NCBI GenBank assembly: GCA_963708135.1
Contig: OY970192.1
Location: 800,001 to 864,000 of the forward strand
DNA length: 64,000 nt
From: an uncultured Gemmatimonadales bacterium
GTDB taxonomy: Bacteria > Gemmatimonadota > Gemmatimonadetes > Longimicrobiales > RSA9
Direction of reading: 5' to 3'
Below the pieces are notes generated by a model, which had not been told where the DNA came from, ran no database searches, and saw only the letters and a program-made list of their open reading frames with translations. Positions 12,049 through 19,847 of this stretch are shown piece by piece. The first letter of the stretch is position 1, and the number at the start of each line of letters is the position of its first letter. The position numbers were made by a program, and so were the translations under genes.

Positions 12049-12604
12049 CTCGGGGGAATAAACGGTGTGAGAGGGTCGGCTGGCGCGGACGCGCGCCGGC
12101 CCTCTCCGACCCAAGTGCACCCGACGCACGCCGGGGAGTTGCGCCCGAGAATGGATCGAGGAGGCCGCCCTTCGAGCGGCGGCCGGCCTCCGAATGCGGC
12201 ACACGCGCACCCCGGCCGGGAAGGCGCCCCAGTCTCCGAGATAGGGGTGTCGAGGGCTCCCAGGAACGCTGGCAGAACCGCGTTCCCGAGCGCCTCCTAC
12301 TTTGACCGCGATCGAGCTACGCGTCTTCATGCGGCCGGGGTGCGATCTGACAACACGGTTGCGGTTTCGCCCGGCGGGAGCGGCTCGCCGGGCGCGGACA
12401 CTCGCCTGGACGCGGATCCCGAGCGGCACTCGAGGGGAGCACAGCCTCTGCCTCCGAACAGGCCCCAGATCGCGTCCCGGCACCCTCTCCCCCGCCCCTG
12501 TGCGAGCAGACGGGGAAGAGGTGCACGAGGGGCCGGTGCGGATCCGATAATCCGGTCGAGGCGTCATCCGACGGCCTCCGAAGAGGCACTCGATCGCACC
12601 GGGC
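12049..12604 (+). ncRNA. Putative multi-loop bridge RNA region, unit 1 (4 loops)
   Basis: Same hairpin/internal-loop architecture; guide GATAATCCGG at 12546-12555. Confidence 0.75.
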
Positions 12605-12892
12605 CTACTCCGAAATCCCAAAGCGTGCTCTCGCATCCTCGGGAGCCACATTGATGAGCAACGGCGGTCCTCCACCGGGTAATTCGCTGTGGGGATAAGT
12701 CAGTACCCAAAAGCGTCCGTCCTTGGCGCGATACATGACGCTCCACCCATCATCTGAGCGCGCCACTTCCGTGATTTCGTGCGTAGTGATGATACGCTCA
12801 ATTCGACGGCATTCGTCGTCAGGGACAAGGCGGCCGTCCTGATCAACCCAAGTTCCGGTGATGACCGTTTCGTCTGGCTGAATGAGAGTCAT
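12605..12892 (-). CDS. Immunity protein, Imm27-like
   Basis: GW..Y....DGRFW.L.YP.SE..GGGPP.L motif recalled for Imm27; overlaps CT stop. Confidence 0.75.
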   Translation of the reverse strand: MTLIQPDETVITGTWVDQDGRLVPDDECRRIERIITTHEITEVARSDDGWSVMYRAKDGRFWVLTYPHSELPGGGPPLLINVAPEDARARFGISE

Positions 12893-13404
12893 GGGATCTT
12901 CCTTATCAGGGCCTCAAACGGAATCGTGCCGTTGGGGATTACGAATTCACGAGCACCACCTGAAGTAAGTCCACGCCCGACGAAGCCCGGTGTCTTTCGG
13001 CCGACGGGAGAAGCAATCGCCTCGATGGCCGAACTCGGGAATTCAATGATGTTGAAGCCGAAGGGGCTTTCTGGGATCCCCAACCGAGTGGCAATCTCCT
13101 TCGACCCCATCCCCGCTATATCCTCGGCGGCCGTGACAAACACATCTTCGGCGCCAGCTCGCCCCAACGTTGCTGGAACAATATTCCCGGGAACGACGCG
13201 AGCAAGGACACTTGGGACAGCATTGGCTACTTCCCGACCGAGCAAGCGCCTTCCGAAGTCCGCAATGCCGCCTGCAATTCCGCCCGCGAGAACAGCGATG
13301 GGATCGAAAAATCCGGCGCTTTCAAGGCCTGGTTCGCCGCCGGGACACCCCGTATGCCACTCAGTCTCTGGGGGACACAATCCGAAGGGATCTGTATATA
13401 CCGG
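12889..13404 (-). pseudogene. Orphan Rhs CT, Ntox10-like (unit 1 cargo)
   Basis: PVYTDPFGLCPPETEWH..; C-terminal GLTSGGAREFVIPN; family call from memory. Confidence 0.75.
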
Positions 13405-13574
13405 ACGCCTCTAACCCAATGCGCCCCGTTTCGGCCTCAGACACCTCCCGCCGGACTCTACCTCCAGCCGTCTCAATCAGCCGTCCTGACACCCCCCCGA
13501 ACACCGAAGCCCTTCAGCATACCACCTAAAGTTCCATCGCCTCAGGCGCCCTCAGCCGCCGTCGATCCGCCCGG

Positions 13575-15011
13575 GGAGGTATTTTCAGAAGTTGTGGATC
13601 GCGTGACTTGATGGGGTGAAAAAAGGCGGCGTATCCTTCCGCGTTGGTTCGTTCACCGAAACGCGAAGCCCCGCTGGCCGGCGGGGGGAAGGAGACGCCA
13701 CCCATGCTGAAGCTATTCATGGACGCCCCTGCGGAGCAAGCGGGGGGGCTGGAGTTCACGCTGGACGAGCTCGCGCGTGAGGGCGCGCGGCGGATGCTGG
13801 CGGTGGCGCTGGAGGCGGAGGTGGCCGCCTACGTGGAGCGCTACCGGGGCGAGCGGGACGAGGCGGGACACGCGCTCGTGGTGCGCAACGGGAAGGCGCG
13901 GCCGCGACGCGTGACGCTCGGGGCCGGGACGGTGGAGGTCGCCGCGCCGCGGGTGAATGACCGACGGGTGGTGGAGGGGACGCGCCAGCGCTTCACGAGC
14001 GAGATCCTGCCGCCGTACATGCGGCGCAGTCCCAAGGTGGCGGAGGTGCTGCCGGTGCTCTATTTGCGCGGGCTCTCGACCGGGGACTTTCAGGAGGCGC
14101 TGCGGGCGCTGCTCGGAGCGGAGGCCACAGCGGGGCTGTCGCCGAGCGTCATCAGCCGCCTGACTGGAGCTTGGGAGGAGGAGTACCGGGCCTGGCGGCG
14201 GCGCGATCTCTCGGACCGAGACTACGTCTACGTCTGGGTGGACGGGGTGCATTTCCGGATCCGGCTGGAAGAGGACCGCCTGTGTGCGCTCGTCGTGATC
14301 GGAGTGCGCCCGGACGGGACCAAGGAGCTCGTGGCCATCGAGGACGGCTACCGCGAATCGACGGAGAGCTGGGCGGCGCTCCTGCGCGATCTGACGAGGC
14401 GCGGCATGCGCCCTCCCGTCCTGGCCGTAGGGGATGGCGCGCTCGGCTTCTGGGCGGCCGCGCGCGACGTCTGGCCCGACACGCGGGAGCAGCGCTGCTG
14501 GGTGCACCGGCTGGCCAACGTGCTGGACAAGCTGCCCAAGCGGCTCCAGCCGAAAGCGAAAGCGCATCTGCGCGAGATCATGAACGCGGAGAGCCGCGCG
14601 GCGGCCCAGGAGGAGATTGAGCGCTTCCGCGAAGAGTACGGCGCCAAGTACCCCAAGGCGGTGGCGTCCCTCGTGCGCGACCAGGACCAGCTCCTGGCCT
14701 TCTTCGACTTCCCGGCCGAACACTGGAAGCATCTGCGCACCACCAATCCGGTGGAGAGCACCTTCGCGACCGTGCGGCTCCGGCAGCGGGTGACGAAGGG
14801 AGCGGGCTCGAGAACGCGCGGGCTGGTGTTCGCCTACAAGCTCCTGGACATGGCCAGCCAGCGGTGGCGGCGCCTCGACGGCGCCCACCTCCTCCCCCTC
14901 GTTCGGGCGGAGGTCCAGTTCACCGACGGCATCATGCAAGAGAGGGAGGATCAAGAAGGGCGGAGGAGCGCCGCCTGATCACCCCAATCCACAACATTTG
15001 ACAATAGCTCT
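13575..15011 (+). mobile_element. IS256-family insertion sequence with 8-bp TSD CCGCCCGG
   Basis: Imperfect TIRs GAGGTATTTTCAGAAGTTGTGGAT / GAGCTATTGTCAAATGTTGTGGAT; TSD at 13567-13574 and 15012-15019. Confidence 0.9.
13704..14978 (+). CDS. IS256-family transposase
   Basis: RNG, LYLRGLSTGD, YVWVDG, GDGALG, QRCWVH, RTTNPVES. Confidence 0.95.
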   Translation: MLKLFMDAPAEQAGGLEFTLDELAREGARRMLAVALEAEVAAYVERYRGERDEAGHALVVRNGKARPRRVTLGAGTVEVAAPRVNDRRVVEGTRQRFTSEILPPYMRRSPKVAEVLPVLYLRGLSTGDFQEALRALLGAEATAGLSPSVISRLTGAWEEEYRAWRRRDLSDRDYVYVWVDGVHFRIRLEEDRLCALVVIGVRPDGTKELVAIEDGYRESTESWAALLRDLTRRGMRPPVLAVGDGALGFWAAARDVWPDTREQRCWVHRLANVLDKLPKRLQPKAKAHLREIMNAESRAAAQEEIERFREEYGAKYPKAVASLVRDQDQLLAFFDFPAEHWKHLRTTNPVESTFATVRLRQRVTKGAGSRTRGLVFAYKLLDMASQRWRRLDGAHLLPLVRAEVQFTDGIMQEREDQEGRRSAA

Positions 15012-15162
15012 CCGCCCGGATTCCGTCACCACTCCGGCGGTGATACGCTTCCGGGTTCGGGCTCAAACCCGGCAGGCGCCGCTCACAACGCCATTCAGCC
15101 CGATTCCGCCATCGGTGCGGCCCACGGTACCGCTCTGGTCCACTTCAACCAGGAGCGAGACC

Positions 15163-16398
15163 ATGAGCCGTTTCGAGAAGCGCCGCCGGGCCCAGCGCGC
15201 CGCCGCCGTCGCCGGAGTGGACGCGGGCAAGAGGAAGCACGCGATCGCCGTCCGGCCGCGCGGCGGCGAGGACAGCACGCCGCTCGAGTTCCAGACGACG
15301 CGGGAGGGCTTCGAGATCGCCGTCCACGCGATCCTCGACAACGCGCCCGACGCGCGGCCGGAGGACGTGCTGGTCGGCATCGAGTTCGCCGGCAACTACG
15401 GCTTCACCTTCGCGCACTTCCTGCGCGACCGCGGCTTCCAGGTCGTGAACGTGCTCGGCGCGCACAGCAAGCGCTGGAAGGAGGTCGTCCACAACCAGGG
15501 GCTGAAGAGCGACGCGAAGGACGCGCTCACGATCACCGACATGGTGGCGCAGGGCGCCTTCGTCGGCTTCCCGTTCCTCGAGCAGGTCTACGCCGACCTG
15601 CGCTACCTGGTCAGCATGCGCGAGCGCCTGACGAAGCTCCGGAGCGCGACGATCGCGCGGCTGAAGGACGTGCTCCAGGTCGTCTGGCCGGAGTTCGAGC
15701 GGCGCTTCAGCAACTTTAGCAAGAAGACGCCGATCGCGATCCTGGAGGCGTTCCCCGGGCCGGATGCGTTCCTGCGCGCACCGAAGCGGCGCGTGCTGAA
15801 GGTGATCCGGGAGGCGAGCCGGGGTCATCTGGGCGCGGCCGCCTACGAGCACCTGCGGTGCGCGGCCGAGGACACCGTGGCGCTCCCCGGCGCGCAGGGC
15901 GTGCTTGCGCAGGAGGTCGGCCTCCAGCTCGATCTCTTGGCCTCCTACGAGCGCCAGATCGCCGAGGTCGACCGCCTCATGGCCGAGCGGCTCGTGGACG
16001 CGCCCGAGGCCGAGGCGCTCCTGTCCGTCCCGAAGCTCGGCGCCGTCACGGCCGCCGTGTTCCTGGGCTCGATCGGCGACCCGCGGGCCTACGACTCCAG
16101 CCGGCAGGCGCTCAAGGTCGGCGGCCTCGGGCTCGTCGTGAGCGAGAGCGGCGCCCAGCGCGGCCGGCCGCGGCTCCCCAAGCGCGGCCGGCCCGAGCTC
16201 CGGCGCCAGATGTACATGTTCGCGGTGCGGAGCGTGAGCCGGGGCGGCCTGTTCCGGGCGGAATACGAGCGGGCGCTCGAGCGCAATCCGAACACGCCGA
16301 AGAAGAAGGTGCTGGTCGCGCTCGCGCGGAAGGCGACGCGGCTCATGTTCGCGCTCGCGAAGGAGCGGCGGCTGTACACGATGGAACCGCCGCGGTAG
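15163..16398 (+). CDS. IS110-family recombinase (unit 2)
   Basis: GVDAGK, GIEFAGNY, KSDAKDA, SESG; PKRG instead of SKRG. Confidence 0.95.
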   Translation: MSRFEKRRRAQRAAAVAGVDAGKRKHAIAVRPRGGEDSTPLEFQTTREGFEIAVHAILDNAPDARPEDVLVGIEFAGNYGFTFAHFLRDRGFQVVNVLGAHSKRWKEVVHNQGLKSDAKDALTITDMVAQGAFVGFPFLEQVYADLRYLVSMRERLTKLRSATIARLKDVLQVVWPEFERRFSNFSKKTPIAILEAFPGPDAFLRAPKRRVLKVIREASRGHLGAAAYEHLRCAAEDTVALPGAQGVLAQEVGLQLDLLASYERQIAEVDRLMAERLVDAPEAEALLSVPKLGAVTAAVFLGSIGDPRAYDSSRQALKVGGLGLVVSESGAQRGRPRLPKRGRPELRRQMYMFAVRSVSRGGLFRAEYERALERNPNTPKKKVLVALARKATRLMFALAKERRLYTMEPPR

Positions 16399-17045
16399 GT
16401 TGGGGGAATCAACACCATGGGAGGGCCGGCTGGCGCGGTGCGCGCCGGCCCTCCTACAGTGCACCAGACGCAGGCCGGGGGATGGAGCAGAAGAATCCAT
16501 CGAAGGGGCCGTCTCGCACGAACGTGAGGCCTGCTTCCCAAGGTCGGACCCGCTCCCCCTGACCCAGAGTTCGCCACAGTCTCCGAGGAAGGCGTGTCGA
16601 GGGCCACGCGCGGCAGACGCCGCCACGGTGCCTCCGAGGACTTGAGGGTATCGAGCTACGCGATCTCGAGTGGTCTGGGTGCGATTTGACAACTCAGCGC
16701 TTGCCTTCGCCGTCGCGGCGTCGAGCCGGCCGCGACGGAACGGGTGGCGTGTGCCCGGCGCGGATCCGACATCCAGCCTGAGGCGGCCCAGCCGGCCTCC
16801 CATGATGGACCTGATCGCGTCGGGCACCGTCCTCCTCATGGGCATCGGCCCGGCATGGACCCGATAATCCGGATGAAGGGCGCTCTGCGGCCTCCCATGT
16901 GGGACTCGGTCGTGCCGGGCCCCGCCTCCCCGCCGGGCTGGCCGACGGGGAGGTGAGCCGAACCGGGGCCTGTGTGGATCGGGGGATCCGACAGAGGCGC
17001 GAACATCGCGGCCTCGGAAAGTGACACTTGATCGCATCGGCCTCT
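16399..17045 (+). ncRNA. Putative multi-loop bridge RNA region, unit 2 (5 loops)
   Basis: Two-loop core closed by GCACCAGAC/GTCTGGGTGC stem plus three stand-alone hairpins. Confidence 0.75.
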
Positions 17046-17055
17046 TCGCTGGTCG

Positions 17056-17457
17056 TCATCGGTACTCCTCCTCCAAGCGTTGCAGTAGGGCAGTAAACTC
17101 AGCTACAGCCTCCGGAATCCCCTCGCCCAAGTCCTCGTGGAAGTAGTCGCGGAAGAGTAGATCTGGCCAGATCCGCGTCTGCCCAGGCGCGGTGGTGTCG
17201 ACGCGCCAATATCGGGAAGCCCGGCCATCTACTATCTCGAACAGTGAGATCGGTGCCCAGGAGAGCTTCCCATGCTCATTGACGAGGTGCAGCCATGTCC
17301 CGGTGCCCAAGACGTTGGAGTCAACCGAGAATTGGACTCCAACTACCATGTAGGTCTTCCCCAATTCCAATGCGAACTCATGGGCATCAGCAGCTACTCG
17401 GCCCATCCGCATCCGCTGCTCGGCGGTCGGCGAAATGGAGACACACTTGGCTCGCAT
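17056..17457 (-). CDS. Putative immunity protein (unit 2 cargo)
   Basis: Start overlaps CT stop (TAATG); low GC. Confidence 0.75.
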   Translation of the reverse strand: MRAKCVSISPTAEQRMRMGRVAADAHEFALELGKTYMVVGVQFSVDSNVLGTGTWLHLVNEHGKLSWAPISLFEIVDGRASRYWRVDTTAPGQTRIWPDLLFRDYFHEDLGEGIPEAVAEFTALLQRLEEEYR

Positions 17458-18011
17458 TATCTGAATACCGTTTTGAATTCCACCCGCACACCGGTTACGA
17501 GGTTTTCGACCCAGTGTGTCTCGAACCGGACTCCGTCGTCTGCCCTAAATATGCTACTACTCTTCTTGACCCAGTCTCCTGCCTCGCCTCCGTACTGCTC
17601 AGCTATCCTGCCAGCATCCCGAAACACGGTTCCGGATCGACCACCGGCAAAGATGGTCCCTCGCTCCGCCATCTGCGCTTTGCTGGCGATCTGTTTCGCC
17701 AGGTTGAGGGCTTCGCCACTTCTGCCGACGCCGCCGATGAAGGCCCCGGGCGAGCCGCACAAAACACCTTCACCACAACCGCCCCCCATAAGGTCGTTGA
17801 AGGTCTGTTCTCCGGCTTCAAGAGCTGCGCCCACGTTCAGCGCCCAAGAACGGCCGGTTCGAGACCCCCAGTTGGCCAGTAATTGGTAACAGGATTCATC
17901 GGAACCGGTGAAGGGACACAGCCCGAACGGATCGGTATAGGAGGCCGGATTATCCCCGTTGTAGCTGTAGAGGTTGAGCCCGCCCGCAAGTCCAATGGGG
18001 TCTTCCTGCGT
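17457..18011 (-). pseudogene. Orphan Rhs CT with retained core tail TQEDPIGLAGGLNLYSYNGDNPASYTDPFG
   Basis: Translation; C-terminal RDAGRIAEQYGG..DWVKKSS..ETHWVEN..G..VEFK (predicted nuclease-like, unassigned). Confidence 0.85.
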
Positions 18012-18139
18012 TAATATCCGCTCAGACGCCTCCGGCCGACTCCCGAGCCGCTATCCCTCTGTCGTTTCTTTCTTTAGCCGCTTCCTTCCCGCCTTCTTCG
18101 TCGTAGTTTTCCGCTTCAGACCTGGATGCGTGTTTTCCC

Positions 18140-18361
18140 CTACGCAAAGAGGAGGCGTCCCTTCGGCGGTGGTACCTCACGACCGATGTCGCGCGCCGTC
18201 TCGATCCACTCCTCGATCACCGTCTGCACGTTGCCCAGCGCCTCGCGATACGTGGCACCGTCGGCGGCACAGCCCGGCAGCTCGGGCACCTCGGCGATGT
18301 AGGCATCGTCCTCCTCGCTCCAGTAGAGGATGATCTCGTAGCGTGGGTCAGTCTTCGCCAT
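18140..18361 (-). CDS. hicB: HicB-family antitoxin
   Basis: YEIILYWSEED.AYIAEVPELPGC.ADG.T..EAL..PPPKG. Confidence 0.9.
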   Translation of the reverse strand: MAKTDPRYEIILYWSEEDDAYIAEVPELPGCAADGATYREALGNVQTVIEEWIETARDIGREVPPPKGRLLFA

Positions 18362-18614
18362 CGGCCGTGCCTCCAAGCTTGTACGTCACGATTACACGCC
18401 GGACCTGCTTCACCTGATACGGCTTCGCCAGCTTGCCCCTGGGCTGCAGGTTCAGGATCTCCGCGATGCCATCACGCAAGTAAATGTGATGGCTGCCGCG
18501 GATCCGCTCCTCGAAGCCGAGCGCATGGAGCAGACGCCGCAGATCCTGGAAATCGATGGCGCTGTCGGAGGTTCCCCGCAGCAGCCGCGCCAGGATCTTG
18601 TCGATCTGCGTCAT
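18348..18614 (-). CDS. hicA: HicA-family toxin
   Basis: LGFEERIRGSHHIY..ILNLQP..AKPYQVKQVR. Confidence 0.9.
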   Translation of the reverse strand: MTQIDKILARLLRGTSDSAIDFQDLRRLLHALGFEERIRGSHHIYLRDGIAEILNLQPRGKLAKPYQVKQVRRVIVTYKLGGTADGED

Positions 18615-18668
18615 GCCGAAAGATAGCGTGCCGGCTCCTCGCGCGGGACCACCAAGGTGCGGGGCAGG

Positions 18669-18756
18669 TTTACGTAACCCGGTTACGTAAAGGGCCAGAG
18701 GCCCCCAGCGCAGGCGCGGCGAGGCCGAGTGCGCATAATCCCGGGATTATGCGCAC
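18669..18756. promoter_or_regulatory. Two palindromes, probable recombinase-binding or hairpin sites
   Basis: TTTACGTAACCCGGTTACGTAAA (18669-18691); perfect GTGCGCATAATCCCGGGATTATGCGCAC (18729-18756). Confidence 0.6.
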
Positions 18757-18884
18757 CGAGCGAAAGCGAGGGGACCCGGCCGGTCCCGAGCGAGAGCGAG
18801 GGCGGCGCGCCGGAGCGCAGCCTGCGCCGCACGCGCCACGCTGCCGGCCCTGCCACCACCACCCTAAATAGACAAGCAAAGCAG

Positions 18885-19847
18885 CTAAAGAGAGGAGGGG
18901 TGGGTGGGCCGTGTGAGATGGGCCGGGTGAGTGCGGGCGTGCACCTGCTTGAGGCGGGCGATGGAGACGCGGGTGTAGAGCTGGGTGGTGGAGAGCTGGG
19001 CATGACCGAGCATCTCCTGGATGTCGCGGATGTCGGCGCCGCCCTCGAGCATGAGGGTGGCCATGGTGTGGCGAAAGAGGTGGCAGGAGCCGCTCTTGCC
19101 GAGGTCAGCCGCGGCCACGTAGCGGCGCACCAGCTCAGAGAGACGATTGGCCCGGAGCCGCCGTCCGCGGCGGGAGAGAAAGAGGAGTCCGTGATCGGGC
19201 GGCACGAGCAGGTGCGGCCGCACATCCGAGAGGTAGCGCTGGGCCCAGGCGAGCGCCCGCTCCCCGACGGGCACCAGCCGGTCGCGTCGTCCCTTGCCCT
19301 CGCGCACGAAGAGACTGCCGCGGGCAGGATCAATGTCCACCAGGCGGAGCCGGATGAGTTCGGTGCGACGGATCCCGGTCGAGTAGAGCACCTCGAGGAG
19401 CGTGCGGTCCCGCACCCCGAGCAGGGTGAACAGATCCGGCTGCGCAAGCACCCGCTCCGCTTCGTCGCTGGTGAGCACGGCGCCGGGCAGGTGATGGGCT
19501 CGCCTGGGCAGCTCGAGGTCGGCCGCGGGGTTGTAGGGCAGGCGGTGGGTCCGCACGAGCCACTTCAACAGGCCCTTGATGGCGATGAGCTTCTGCGCCT
19601 GTGCGCCCCAGCCCAGCGGCTGTCCGTTCTTCTGCCGCTGCTGGAAGAGCGCCGTGCGATAGCGCTCGAGGAGCGGCAGCGAGAGATCCTGCACGGTCTC
19701 GACGCCGCGCTCCTCGCACCAGGTGCGGAAGTGGTTCAGGTAGCTTTTGCGGCTGCGCACCGTGTGCGGCGAGTAGGCCGCGGCCGCAAGCGCGGCCAGG
19801 TGCAGCGCGATGAGCGTGGCGAGTTCGCTCTCCGCGGCCGCACTCAT
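18885..19847 (-). CDS. XerC/D-like tyrosine recombinase
   Basis: TGIRRTE, GKG, HLFRH, LGH, TQLYT catalytic set. Confidence 0.95.
   Translation of the reverse strand: MSAAAESELATLIALHLAALAAAAYSPHTVRSRKSYLNHFRTWCEERGVETVQDLSLPLLERYRTALFQQRQKNGQPLGWGAQAQKLIAIKGLLKWLVRTHRLPYNPAADLELPRRAHHLPGAVLTSDEAERVLAQPDLFTLLGVRDRTLLEVLYSTGIRRTELIRLRLVDIDPARGSLFVREGKGRRDRLVPVGERALAWAQRYLSDVRPHLLVPPDHGLLFLSRRGRRLRANRLSELVRRYVAAADLGKSGSCHLFRHTMATLMLEGGADIRDIQEMLGHAQLSTTQLYTRVSIARLKQVHARTHPAHLTRPTHPSSL

Larger units (their letters stand above)
10505..13403 (+). mobile_element. IS110 toxin-cargo unit 1 (left end, recombinase, ncRNA, immunity, CT)
   Basis: Both boundaries at the NP|xxYTDP codon; both ends matched by its own loop-2 guides. 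Confidence 0.75.
13404..17944 (+). mobile_element. IS110 toxin-cargo unit 2 (left end interrupted by IS256)
   Basis: Left junction AGAGGCGTC|CGGT and right junction GATAATCCGG|CCTCC (minus strand). Confidence 0.75.

Noticed and set aside
16740..17045. Repeated hairpins as a CRISPR array or integron attC sites
   Set aside because: No identical repeats with unique spacers, no cas or intI gene, and no RYYYAAC/GTTRRRY boxes; symmetric 12-nt internal loops beside an IS110 gene fit bridge-RNA loops better.
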